The notes under the pieces are model-generated. The model was not told where the DNA came from, made no database searches, and saw only the letters and a list, made by a program, of their open reading frames with translations. From positions 1-64,000 of IMG/VR virus record IMGVR_UViG_3300050821_006345: a DNA stretch of 64,000 nucleotides. One strand, 5' to 3'. Shown piece after piece: positions 47,276 through 56,984 of the stretch; position 1 is the stretch's first letter, and every line of letters begins with the position of its first letter. Made by a program: the position numbers and the translations under genes. The DNA is from a virus.

Positions 47276-49021
47276 ATGAACCTGCGGCAGATATTCAACG
47301 CGGATGCTCCAGACGTTGTTCCAGAAACCAAAGACGCCAAGCACGAGCTTTCGCTTTTAGATAAAGCACTCCTTGCATTCGCTGCTGCCCTTGCCATTGA
47401 CCTTGCCTTCATTCGTGACCGCGTAGATTCGGCCAAAACATCGGAAGATTATCAGAAGATTCACGAGGAGCTTCCGAATCTGCTTGAAGAAGCGTTAAAG
47501 AAGAAAGCGGCGCAGAAAGCATTGGCTGATTCAATGGCGACCTTCTACCACAACGGCATGGTCGATGTGAATGACAAGCTGGAAGAAGCAGACCAAGCGG
47601 ACGCCGAGTTGATGGACGAGGTTCAGTCAGCTGGTAAAGTTCCGGGACGCATCTTATCCGAAGAGCTTCTAACCGACCACTCGCTAGTTAAGCAGGACAT
47701 CAACGACATTTTGGACCGCGCAAACTGGGCGGCGGCGGCAACCAAGGCATCCATTGTCGATGAATGGAAGGGAATTGATGCGGAGAATAAGCCGTCAATC
47801 GCCGCATATTTTGCGGAGGATGCTCTGGCCGAGAATCCGAACGTTTCTATTGCCTCGGACACTCAGCACAAGATGGCCGAAGGACTTGGAGAACAACGCG
47901 AGCTTAACGAAAACATAAAAGCATATCCATGTCAGGAATTTTATAGGGAAAGCCCGCGCGAAGTGTGGCGTAACTGGCCCGCCAGATTTTTGCGCGGCGG
48001 GGGAACGCTATACCCAGACGAAGATGGAAGCGCAGACTACGCAGAAGGCCGCATGATTGCTCCGGTCGGTGATTCTGTGTGGCTTCGCATCTCCCGCTTT
48101 GGCACGCCGTTCGCTCCTTTTGATTACCGAAGCGGCATGAATCTTCGCCCAATCGCACTGAGCCTTTCGTCTGAGCTTGGCGTTCTGAACGACTACAAAG
48201 AACCGCCGAAGCCAGTCACTGAATCCTTTAATCACAATGTCCAATTCTCTGCCGCCATTTCACCAGCGTTAAAAGAAGTTCTGCTTGGTTACTTGGGCGA
48301 TTCATTCTCCGATGCTTCGGGCGTCATTGCCAACTCAAAGCACAATCCAGACGTGCTGCTTAATTCAAAAGATTTACTTCCAGATGCGCTGGCCAGATGC
48401 AAGAAGTGTGGCGGAATAGCCAACCTAGCCAGAGAGCCGGAAATATCCATGGGCGCAGTTGCGTGTCCAAAGTGCAAAAGCCCGGTGACGCAGGCCGACC
48501 TAATGCAAAAAAATCCACGGACGGATTACTCAGCGTCCAAGGAAGTTTTACTCAACGGTGCGCCGATTGGAAACGATAACGCATCAAGAGACCACCATAC
48601 TGCCATGCGGTCTTGGACAATGCGCGGCATTGGAGAGAAGGCTGCATTGGTTGGAAACTGCGGAAACTATGCGGAAGCGTTACGCGAGGCAAAAGGCGGA
48701 GGACAAATCGTTCAGTTGCAGCAGACGCACCCAACAACCGAATGGCATCAAGCGTTGAAGCACAACGGGAAGTATTACGATGCGGCCACTCATTCTGGTG
48801 TGGAAGATCCGAAACAACTTGGATTCTTCAAGCACGTCAACAAATGCGAAGCAGACGTTAAGATTGCTCCAGAAAGAATTGTAAAAGAATCGGTAGCCAA
48901 CAGCCTTTCTTCCGTGTTCCTGCCGCCGGACAAATACGCACAGACCCTCAAGGAAATTGAGGTTGTGTGCAACAATCGGCCAAAAGAACCGCTCCCACCA
49001 GTCGGAGGACTGTTCAAATGA
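47276..49021 (+). CDS. MuF/gp7-like head morphogenesis protein with C-terminal extensions
   Basis: YPCQEFYR...RNW..RF...GRMIA...VW..ISRFGTPFAPFDYRSGM. Confidence 0.6.
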   Translation: MNLRQIFNADAPDVVPETKDAKHELSLLDKALLAFAAALAIDLAFIRDRVDSAKTSEDYQKIHEELPNLLEEALKKKAAQKALADSMATFYHNGMVDVNDKLEEADQADAELMDEVQSAGKVPGRILSEELLTDHSLVKQDINDILDRANWAAAATKASIVDEWKGIDAENKPSIAAYFAEDALAENPNVSIASDTQHKMAEGLGEQRELNENIKAYPCQEFYRESPREVWRNWPARFLRGGGTLYPDEDGSADYAEGRMIAPVGDSVWLRISRFGTPFAPFDYRSGMNLRPIALSLSSELGVLNDYKEPPKPVTESFNHNVQFSAAISPALKEVLLGYLGDSFSDASGVIANSKHNPDVLLNSKDLLPDALARCKKCGGIANLAREPEISMGAVACPKCKSPVTQADLMQKNPRTDYSASKEVLLNGAPIGNDNASRDHHTAMRSWTMRGIGEKAALVGNCGNYAEALREAKGGGQIVQLQQTHPTTEWHQALKHNGKYYDAATHSGVEDPKQLGFFKHVNKCEADVKIAPERIVKESVANSLSSVFLPPDKYAQTLKEIEVVCNNRPKEPLPPVGGLFK

Positions 49022-49148
49022 TCCGTCTCATTCAATCTTTAATCGCAGCAGGACTTGTTTTCATCTCCGGATGCCACGGCGTTCCAGCTTACGGTAAAGT
49101 CGCAGTTGAGCAAGCGGTCAAACAAGCTACTTTGAACAAGTAAACATT

Positions 49149-49949
49149 ATGAGCAACCTGAACATTTTCAAGAACGCACTTGCCGAGCGCAAGGCCGAAC
49201 AGACGACCATCACCACGCCCAGCGGCTACCACTCGCTGCTCAACGCCATCAGGCACGAGGTGAAGATTGTTAACGGAGGGCCGGGAAGCGGTCGCAGGGA
49301 TGGATTTTCTTATCATTCAGAATATGGTTCTGGCTCTGTGCCGCATGAATCAGAATCCGATGCGTTATCATACCACCAAAAAAAATATCCAAATGCTTCA
49401 TTTGGTGACTGGGAGAACAATGGAGGCAATAGCGAGCGAAAATTGGTTTGGGAAAACAATAAAGATTCTGAAAACGATGATGGAAAAAAGGCCGTGGCTC
49501 AAATTGTAAGAAAATCGGCCAATGTTTCAAACTCCACCTACACCAACCCCGACGGCTCGTTCAAAATCGTGAACGGCAGCCAGATTGGCGCGGCGACCGC
49601 ACTTTTCATGGAAAAGGGCCACAGCGAGGAATCGGCCACAAGGATGGCAAAATCACTTCTGAACGCCGAAACCGACAACGTATGTCTGCCCGGCACTGCT
49701 AATGGCCTCGCTACGGCCTCCAGCAAGGCCGCTGATGCGTCAGAAGCAGCAGAACGCACCGGAACGGCCTCCGACCATTTTGCGGCCAAAAATGCCCACG
49801 AAGTCGCAGGAAACCATGCCGCACGGCTTGGCTGCACAGAAAAAGCTTCCCACCACGCTAAAAAGGCTTCTGAACACCAAGCCAAGGGAGTAGCGGCTTA
49901 TCCGAAGGGACAAACCGATAAGCAGAACGCTGGCTCACCGAAGGCTTGA
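49149..49949 (+). CDS. Putative head-associated polyprotein
   Basis: LLNA, IVNGGPGSG, IVNG, LLNA sites; His/Ala helical domain shared with 45349-47274. Confidence 0.65.
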   Translation: MSNLNIFKNALAERKAEQTTITTPSGYHSLLNAIRHEVKIVNGGPGSGRRDGFSYHSEYGSGSVPHESESDALSYHQKKYPNASFGDWENNGGNSERKLVWENNKDSENDDGKKAVAQIVRKSANVSNSTYTNPDGSFKIVNGSQIGAATALFMEKGHSEESATRMAKSLLNAETDNVCLPGTANGLATASSKAADASEAAERTGTASDHFAAKNAHEVAGNHAARLGCTEKASHHAKKASEHQAKGVAAYPKGQTDKQNAGSPKA

Positions 49950-50058
49950 AGCTTTCTTCGTTCCATTCGCAGGCAATCACATGTTGCAGTAGCTGACGTC
50001 CATCGGAAATGGTGATCAAACGAATCTCGGAAGATTTAACTGTTAGCTTGGCCATCTT

Positions 50059-50613
50059 TTAAGATAGCACAGTCTTTGGCCGATATTTGTAAAAGTGTTT
50101 CATAAACAGCTTCTCGGACTCCAGTGGTGAAAGCGGAATGATTTTGTCTGGAAGCGGTGGATACTCCTCCTGCAATCTCCAAGGATGGTCGGTCTGCGTG
50201 CAAATGTCCCGCCGCTCGGTCATCAATGCAGTATTGTCTGCTCGTTTAACTTCTGGATGGAACACAGAATTTATTCCAAACACATCGGCAATCACCAGCC
50301 ACAACTTGTCCTCTGCCGCGCAATAATCAGGCATTGAAATCTTTAGCGGACGAACCATGTCGCCAAGAGCGTATTCTGTGGCGTCGTGCATCAATCCTTG
50401 GAATGTGGCTTGAGTGCAGATCTGGCTGACGATTACAGAATGTTGAGCGACAGAATAAAACTGTCGGCAATGACCACCAAATCTACAAATATTAGATAAT
50501 GCATGGGCGATGTCCTCGATGCAGATGTCTTCCGGCTGCGGGTCGAGCGGATGAAACTTCTTGCCGGTGAACGTGAGAAACCAATCTCCGATTAACTGCT
50601 TATCTTTATTCAT
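50059..50613 (-). CDS. HD-domain nucleotide phosphohydrolase (YfbR/YfdR-like)
   Basis: DIAHALSNICRFGGH, YSVAQH, LMHDATE. Confidence 0.9.
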   Translation of the reverse strand: MNKDKQLIGDWFLTFTGKKFHPLDPQPEDICIEDIAHALSNICRFGGHCRQFYSVAQHSVIVSQICTQATFQGLMHDATEYALGDMVRPLKISMPDYCAAEDKLWLVIADVFGINSVFHPEVKRADNTALMTERRDICTQTDHPWRLQEEYPPLPDKIIPLSPLESEKLFMKHFYKYRPKTVLS

Positions 50614-50618
50614 ATTCG

Positions 50619-50897
50619 TTATTCTGGCCGTTGATGGTCTTCAGCAAAAAGCAAATAGGCCCGCGCATCCAAAAAATTGTCGCCGTGAAATACTCTGGCC
50701 GACCGCTGCGTCTTGAAATCCACCATCATAAGCTCAACCATCCAGCTTGGTAGCGGATGGTCAAGCCGGATGCCGTAATGCTGCTGAATCAATCCAGTCC
50801 ACGCAAGGCCAATGTTCTCGTGCGAGAGTTTTGGGTCGCCGTAAATCTTGCCGCGTTCTTTGATTGTGTCTGAAACGACATCGTTATTTTTTGGCAT
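50619..50897 (-). CDS. DUF6378-like protein
   Basis: ERGKIYGDP...NI...W...MM...K..R...DN.LD...Y. Confidence 0.75.
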   Translation of the reverse strand: MPKNNDVVSDTIKERGKIYGDPKLSHENIGLAWTGLIQQHYGIRLDHPLPSWMVELMMVDFKTQRSARVFHGDNFLDARAYLLFAEDHQRPE

Positions 50898-51114
50898 ATT
50901 TTTTATTCACACGATAGGCTGGCACGGTGTAGTTGCCAACCTTTTTCAACACCCTTTCCAACTCGCCGGACTCGACCTTGATTTTAACCAGCTCCCGCAC
51001 ATAACTTCCGCCGCGTCCTGTGGCCTTGGCTATTTCCGCGACGGTCTCGGCGGTCTGGTCGGTTTCTACGCGGCCAATAAGCTCGCTGGCCATCATGGAA
51101 GTCCAGTGCTTCAT
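50884..51114 (-). CDS. Small HTH-like protein
   Basis: TVAEIAKATG; coupled on both sides. Confidence 0.6.
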   Translation of the reverse strand: MKHWTSMMASELIGRVETDQTAETVAEIAKATGRGGSYVRELVKIKVESGELERVLKKVGNYTVPAYRVNKKYAKK

Positions 51115-51857
51115 TTATATTCAACAATGTCGGATGGTAAAATCCAGTTTCCGTCGATGGATTCCGCCTGCCATGTGTGGTATCGGCCTGTCCGCATATT
51201 AACCACTCCGTAGGCAAAGCCATTTGCCTGCCGCAGCGTGTTGGGATTGCGTTCGTTATACTGCATATCAAGTTGACAGAGCGCGCCAATGTTTCTGGCA
51301 ACGCGTCGGTCAAGCCCTCCAATTGAATGCTCATCAATGACGTGTGTGTGGCCGAACAATGCCGAACCATAGATTAAAGCAGTCTGACGAGCTGCGAATA
51401 CACCACAGTGGAATCCATGCAAAACCTTGAGCGATCCAATCCTCATTACGCCATCGCGCTTGTGGTATGGATACATTTTGCACTTCATATCTCGCGCAAT
51501 TTTTTCAACCTCAATCACGCCAAGTTGGGCATAATCTGATAATGCGCCCCGGTCGCTTTCTGCTGTCTCCCAAAGCCTAGAGTCGTGATTTCCAATTAAA
51601 AAGTGATGAGGCTTGAATTTGTTCATCCAGACAACGCCAGCATCGTAGTCTTTCCTCATTGATTCGCGCCGCTCTTCCTCGCTTGCACCCTTTCTTAAAC
51701 ACCTGAAGTCCCAAAGGTCTCCGGCGAAAACCCTGATGTCTGGCGCAAAATCGTCAACGAACTTAAAGAATACATTGTTAGACGCGATGTCCTGCATATC
51801 ACCGTGGACGTCGGAACCAACTATAAACTTGACCCACCGTCTGGTTATGTTAGGCAT
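51111..51857 (-). CDS. Calcineurin-like metallophosphoesterase
   Basis: SDVH, GDLWD, GNHD, LHG, FGHTH. Confidence 0.9.
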   Translation of the reverse strand: MPNITRRWVKFIVGSDVHGDMQDIASNNVFFKFVDDFAPDIRVFAGDLWDFRCLRKGASEEERRESMRKDYDAGVVWMNKFKPHHFLIGNHDSRLWETAESDRGALSDYAQLGVIEVEKIARDMKCKMYPYHKRDGVMRIGSLKVLHGFHCGVFAARQTALIYGSALFGHTHVIDEHSIGGLDRRVARNIGALCQLDMQYNERNPNTLRQANGFAYGVVNMRTGRYHTWQAESIDGNWILPSDIVEYK

Positions 51858-51982
51858 GATTATATCTATGTGAACAACCTTCGAACAACTTTTAGATTAT
51901 TGACTTGATTCATTGCGAATGCAAGCGTTATTTGAAATCCGACGAGCGTCATAGCCAAAAGTAAATTATCATCGTCGACATA

Positions 51983-53113
51983 CTACTGCGGATAAACCCA
52001 ATATACACCATTGCTGTTCCAGATTTTATATTCCGCCGCGCCATTGCTGTTCGCGAAGTTCGCAAAGCAACCCAACGCGAGATTGTTCGTGGCGTTGTAA
52101 AAGGCCAGCGGCCACGAATTCGACAGGCTCACGAAACTGCCCAGCGCACCAACCGTGGCCGTCAGATTTGAAAGGCCAGCCGTGTTTGCATCCATTTGAG
52201 CCGAATGCAGATTGCCTTCCACCTTCAAATCTCGAACCGTGAAATCGTGGCCGTGAAACGGATACGGCACGCCGATGTCTTTTTGATGTTTCACGTTGTA
52301 AATTGCCAGCGATTGCAGGCCGCCCGGAGGATGGTTCGTGGCCACCGTCACCAGCGCGACGTAAAGCTGGTTTGTCGTTTGCGTGTTTCCAATCTGCCAA
52401 AAGTTCGTGCCGTCACCGGACACATAAAGCACGCTGGGCGAATAAACATTCGTCATCGCCAGTGAAAAGGCCGTGATGTTCGTCACCGAGCCGAGCAGTG
52501 TCAGGCCGGGTTGCGAGAAGCCGGAATAAAATGCGTTTGAATTGAGGTTCACCGTGAGCGGATCGCCAAAGATTCCGTTCGTCGGGTTTCCATAAATCGC
52601 CAGATACCCGCTCACCGCGTTCGTATAACCATTGGTCAAAATCGTCAACGTCGTCGGGTCGGCATTCGTGGCGATGACGGATGAACTCCACAGCACGGAC
52701 ACCGTTGTATAGTTCGTGATGCTCACCAGCGAATTGCTCCAAATCCCCTGCACCGTGCCGAGATAGTTTGAGTCCGTTCCCCACACGTTCGTGAACAACG
52801 ATGTCACCAGCGGATTCAACACCGGCACGTTGTTGGAAATCCATGCGGCATGATTTGTGATTTCAGATTGCAGAAAGGCGTTGTTGGCATTCTGCTTGAT
52901 GCGCACGGTCGCCAATGAATCGCCCACCGAGATTCCGTTGGTATCAACGGCTGTGTATGGCGCATTGGTGGCCGCGCCAGCAATCCAGATATACGCCCCC
53001 GACTGGCTCTGCGAATAATTCGTGAACGTCGTCGTCGTGTCGAGGTTGGTGATTTGCGCGGACGCGGCACAGCAGAGCAGCGTGGCGATCAATGAGCTGA
53101 TTTTTGTTTTCAT
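51983..53113 (-). CDS. Thr/Asn-rich protein with signal peptide
   Basis: MKTKISSLIATLLCCAASAQ; GDSL...K.NAN motif. Confidence 0.75.
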   Translation of the reverse strand: MKTKISSLIATLLCCAASAQITNLDTTTTFTNYSQSQSGAYIWIAGAATNAPYTAVDTNGISVGDSLATVRIKQNANNAFLQSEITNHAAWISNNVPVLNPLVTSLFTNVWGTDSNYLGTVQGIWSNSLVSITNYTTVSVLWSSSVIATNADPTTLTILTNGYTNAVSGYLAIYGNPTNGIFGDPLTVNLNSNAFYSGFSQPGLTLLGSVTNITAFSLAMTNVYSPSVLYVSGDGTNFWQIGNTQTTNQLYVALVTVATNHPPGGLQSLAIYNVKHQKDIGVPYPFHGHDFTVRDLKVEGNLHSAQMDANTAGLSNLTATVGALGSFVSLSNSWPLAFYNATNNLALGCFANFANSNGAAEYKIWNSNGVYWVYPQ

Positions 53114-53388
53114 AATTTAGGCCATTTGTTTTCAGGGCAATCTTCCGTCGTCAAAAAAGCCTTGTGCAGCATCAATCCATCCATCCAGCAGTTGCACTTG
53201 TTGCAAAAGCGCGCCGTGCCGTCTTTTGACACGGACATGAATTCACACTTCATGCAGACCGCCATCCGCGCCGCGATCTGTTCCGGCGTGCAGCGCGTTT
53301 CCTGTCCCGCCAGTTTCGCGCCAGCGTAACGCACGACGGCTCCGCTGCCATTGACGGCTTGCTTGATGATTTGTCCACAGCACGGCAT
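53110..53388 (-). CDS. Small Cys-rich protein (DUF6171-like)
   Basis: R..VC..CE...C..C.C...K......CP..KW. Confidence 0.7.
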   Translation of the reverse strand: MPCCGQIIKQAVNGSGAVVRYAGAKLAGQETRCTPEQIAARMAVCMKCEFMSVSKDGTARFCNKCNCWMDGLMLHKAFLTTEDCPENKWPKL

Positions 53389-53392
53389 AAAA

Positions 53393-56300
53393 TCAGATTC
53401 CAAGTCCCCCGCCATCGGCACCCGGCAACGCGCCTGTGCCGGACGGTTCCGCCAATTGGCCGTTGCCCGGCGGTTGGATAAATCCGCTGGCGAGCGGCAG
53501 GACATATTGCACATTCACCGCGCAATGATCGTGCGTCATTTCACGCCAGTCGGCGCACGCCATATACTGCGAGTAAATCGAAACCAGTTGCGTGGTTGCG
53601 ACATTGGCAGTGCAACCGCCCAGCGAACCGAGCCGTCCGGCGTCACCGGCAAGGGCAGGCATCGTCGTGCCGCTTCCGTATGGGCCGCCAAACGTCACGC
53701 CAACCGCCAATCCCGGCGCGCCGGCGGGAAGTCCGATCACAGGCTCGACAAGCGGATGAAAACGATAATAGGTGATCGGAACCAGCGTGTCGGTTTCTGA
53801 CGGGCCGTCCGTGCATGGCGATGGCTGCATCCGCAAGAGCTTGCTGCCAGTGCCGGATTCAGAGGCCGAACATTGCTGCGGCGCAAGCCAAAACGGATCG
53901 GCCACGGCCGGCAAAAATGCGCCATGCCACTGGCTTGGATCGAAGCACGATTCGTAGGCGATGTTGCCAAATGGCAGCCGATAAATCGGAACGCCAGCGG
54001 GAAAAGATTCCGCATTCGGCGAACACAGCAGCACGCTCGGTTTGCCCGAAACAGGCGCGAGCGTTCCTTGAACTTCAGAATATGCCGTGCCGCCGTTTTG
54101 CCGATACGTCGTCTGCCACGTCTGCGCGACGAACTGGTGACGCGAACAGGTGTAATCCCATTGCGCCGTATCCTGCATGATGCCCGCGCTGGCGATGAAG
54201 CCGCCGCCAGTGTAGGGCTGCGTCACGTCCAATGTTCCCGCCACGGTCAAAGTGTTCGAGTCCGGCGTGGCCGTAACCACCGTCTCGCCGTCGCCAAGGC
54301 CGGCGATTTTGTAAAAATCAATCTTGTCCGTGTAACCGTGGCCATCGCCGTTGCCGCAAAGCCAATGTGGTTCGGTCGTGGTGAGCGTTATGACACCGGG
54401 ACTCGTCTGGACGGCGGATGAAATTCCGATGACCGAACCAATCGCGCGGCACGTTGGAAACTTTCGATAGCCGTAAAAATAATTCGTCGGGTCGAGGCAA
54501 ATTTCGCTCGCGCCGGGCGTATAATTGCGGGCATCAATGCCGTTGCCGCCGCCAACGCACGTCGGATTTTTTACCGCATCCGGCGGCGCGGCGCTGTAAT
54601 CCACGACGAACCGGTCGCGTCCGAACGGCCGCGCCAGATTCACCGATGGCCACGCCTCCAAAATTTCCGCCCATTTGTAAAGCATCAATCCCTCTCCGGC
54701 CACAAGCTGGACCAGCGAGCCGCCGGTGACGGGACAGTAATTTCCGTCGGTCAGCGATGTCCATTGCGTCGCCGTCTTTGGCAGCGGCGCGGCAGCCCAT
54801 TGTCCCCATCCGGTCTGGCAAACTCCGCAGCCGCCCGATTCGGATCGCAAATCGCAAATCTCCTGGACACTCTGGCTGAAATTGTAGCAATAGTCATTGT
54901 CCACAGACTGCGGCACGCCGATAAGCTTGCCGGTATATTGAGACCACGATGGGTTATATGTGATACTGCCGCTCCTGGCTCCGGTTATCACTCTCGTTTG
55001 CACCGTGCCGTCAGGAGAAGTGGTTGTCACGTCCGATGGTGTCCAAGGCGTCGTGCATTCACCGAGGCTCAATGGATAAGTCGGACCTGCGCTCACAGCA
55101 TCGCGCGTTACTAGCGGCACGAGCCACGTCTCGCCGTCTTGACGCCACGGATAAACAACGTCATCACCGAGATTCCACGCCGTCGCGATTGCCGCCGCGT
55201 CATTGTGGACATCGGCAAAGGTGTGGGGATCGCTCAAGGAAACCGAAAATTCATAATCGTAGGAAACACTGTCGTTGAATTGGTTGACAATTGCGCCCGT
55301 TGAATCTGTGTCAATCTGTGTCCAGGTGGAACTGCCCGTGATTGTAAAACCAAATCTTTCAGTGTCACCAAAAGCCACCAGACTGCCGACACATACAAGG
55401 CTCAAAGAGGATGTGCCGCCCCATTGATTTGAGCGGCCACTGTAGTTAAAATCAGGGTCGGAATTGTAGGCGTCAAAATTAAACAAGCGCACGGCGTTGA
55501 TCTCGTCAATCGTTCCAATAAAAGTGAAACCCCCGGATGGATTATTGGCCTGACTCGTAGGCGCCGGAACGATGTATCTTCCGCAACTACTGGACGACAT
55601 CGAAAGCGGCACGGAAGGAAAACTGGGCGCGGGAAGGGATGTTTGATATCCGGCCACGCCAATGGCATCGCCCGGATTGAAACCATTAAGCCCGCAATCG
55701 TCCTCCAAATCAACCGTTGCGATGTTTTTGAAATTGTTGCTGACTTCGTTGAAAAGTGACGTGGCCTTGGTGCTTGACGAGATGCTCGCGGAATTGGTCG
55801 GATTTCCGAAAAGATCCACGGAACTTGTCGCGGTCAGATTATATTTCGCCGTGCCGGTGGAATTGCCGACGTTCGCCCCGCGCAGTTCGTAAAACTTGCC
55901 AGCATAGGTGACGCTGCCCGAACTGATCTGGACGGCAGTGCGGTATTTTGTCTGCGGATTTCCCAGCGTCGGGCAGCATTGTCCGTCGCCCGGGTCGTAA
56001 AATCCAAAAATCCCCGGCCACGTTGCCCGGACCGCCACGCCTTTCCAGCCGGGCAACTGGCATTTCTTTTGCGGCTTGTAAGCCGGGTTCAATGTCCACA
56101 CGTTTTGACCCGTCAGGTTGCCGGGAGCGGTCTCAAACCCGCAGGAAATCATGGTCGAATCCGTCGCGGTCGGATTGTAGGATTTGCCGCAGTTCGGTCG
56201 CCCCAGCGGAAAACCGCAGCCGTCGGTTTCTTCGTTGCCGCCGCAGGATTGCCACGGTTGCAGGAAGCCGCCGAACGCCGTCCGAATGTCCACCGTCACG

Positions 56301-56398
56301 GAAGAGCCATCCGCTTTCTGCAACACCACCGTCGGATTGTCCAGATACTTCGGCGGCGGATTCGGATCGCAGCAGCAACATTTATTGAATCTTCCCAT
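53393..56398 (-). CDS. Large Cys-rich tail-associated or receptor-binding protein
   Basis: About 1000 aa starting MGRFNKCCCC; position in the tail module. Confidence 0.6.
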   Translation of the reverse strand: MGRFNKCCCCDPNPPPKYLDNPTVVLQKADGSSVTVDIRTAFGGFLQPWQSCGGNEETDGCGFPLGRPNCGKSYNPTATDSTMISCGFETAPGNLTGQNVWTLNPAYKPQKKCQLPGWKGVAVRATWPGIFGFYDPGDGQCCPTLGNPQTKYRTAVQISSGSVTYAGKFYELRGANVGNSTGTAKYNLTATSSVDLFGNPTNSASISSSTKATSLFNEVSNNFKNIATVDLEDDCGLNGFNPGDAIGVAGYQTSLPAPSFPSVPLSMSSSSCGRYIVPAPTSQANNPSGGFTFIGTIDEINAVRLFNFDAYNSDPDFNYSGRSNQWGGTSSLSLVCVGSLVAFGDTERFGFTITGSSTWTQIDTDSTGAIVNQFNDSVSYDYEFSVSLSDPHTFADVHNDAAAIATAWNLGDDVVYPWRQDGETWLVPLVTRDAVSAGPTYPLSLGECTTPWTPSDVTTTSPDGTVQTRVITGARSGSITYNPSWSQYTGKLIGVPQSVDNDYCYNFSQSVQEICDLRSESGGCGVCQTGWGQWAAAPLPKTATQWTSLTDGNYCPVTGGSLVQLVAGEGLMLYKWAEILEAWPSVNLARPFGRDRFVVDYSAAPPDAVKNPTCVGGGNGIDARNYTPGASEICLDPTNYFYGYRKFPTCRAIGSVIGISSAVQTSPGVITLTTTEPHWLCGNGDGHGYTDKIDFYKIAGLGDGETVVTATPDSNTLTVAGTLDVTQPYTGGGFIASAGIMQDTAQWDYTCSRHQFVAQTWQTTYRQNGGTAYSEVQGTLAPVSGKPSVLLCSPNAESFPAGVPIYRLPFGNIAYESCFDPSQWHGAFLPAVADPFWLAPQQCSASESGTGSKLLRMQPSPCTDGPSETDTLVPITYYRFHPLVEPVIGLPAGAPGLAVGVTFGGPYGSGTTMPALAGDAGRLGSLGGCTANVATTQLVSIYSQYMACADWREMTHDHCAVNVQYVLPLASGFIQPPGNGQLAEPSGTGALPGADGGGLGI

Positions 56399-56399
56399 A

Positions 56400-56984
56400 T
56401 CAAGTTGGGCAGCCAGAGAGGTTGAACCAAACCGATGAGGTATTATCTCCACCCTTCAAACACGTCCATAAATCAACTCCGGGAGTGGCGTCGTTGATAT
56501 GCGTGATGTCGAGATATGTGTCTGGCGGCTGGGTGGCCAGATAGAATGTTGCGCCAGAACCGCCCCCGATGATGTTTGTGGCCGATGCTGGAATGGATGG
56601 GTAGGCAGAGTAAACACCATAATCATTGGTGCTAAAGTCCAGCAATGCTCCGGTCGGGTCCACATTGTCCGCAATTAGTATAAGTGCGGATGAAAATGTT
56701 CCTCCCACCACAATCATCGTATCGTCTTCTGCGTATCCAGAGCCGGAAGATGCGAGAGATGCACCAAGCACCCATCCCCCGGACGCGCCGCAGTATTTTC
56801 CGTTTCCTGCCAGCAGGACATCGGATGTTCCTCCGCTGGCAATGTTTGGTTTTCCGACACCAATAAACATTCTTTGAGTCAGAACAAACTGATCGGAAGG
56901 AATGCTGATGATGGCCGGCGCATTGCCCACCACCGCATGGGTTGGCCGGAACCTTGCAGTTGGAGTCTGTGGAAGGGTGGCCAT
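56400..56984 (-). CDS. Tail-associated protein
   Basis: Coupled in the tail module; GSGY and GGGSGATF beta motifs. Confidence 0.6.
   Translation of the reverse strand: MATLPQTPTARFRPTHAVVGNAPAIISIPSDQFVLTQRMFIGVGKPNIASGGTSDVLLAGNGKYCGASGGWVLGASLASSGSGYAEDDTMIVVGGTFSSALILIADNVDPTGALLDFSTNDYGVYSAYPSIPASATNIIGGGSGATFYLATQPPDTYLDITHINDATPGVDLWTCLKGGDNTSSVWFNLSGCPT

Noticed and set aside
50059..50613. Z-genome (diaminopurine) pathway
   Set aside because: An HD hydrolase alone is insufficient; no purZ in the window
52395..52411. Self-target of the TnpB guide (TGCCAAAAGTTCGTGCC, 15/17 match)
   Set aside because: Mismatch at guide position 2 in the presumed seed, the match stops at 17 nt, and the guide boundary is uncertain; plausibly chance
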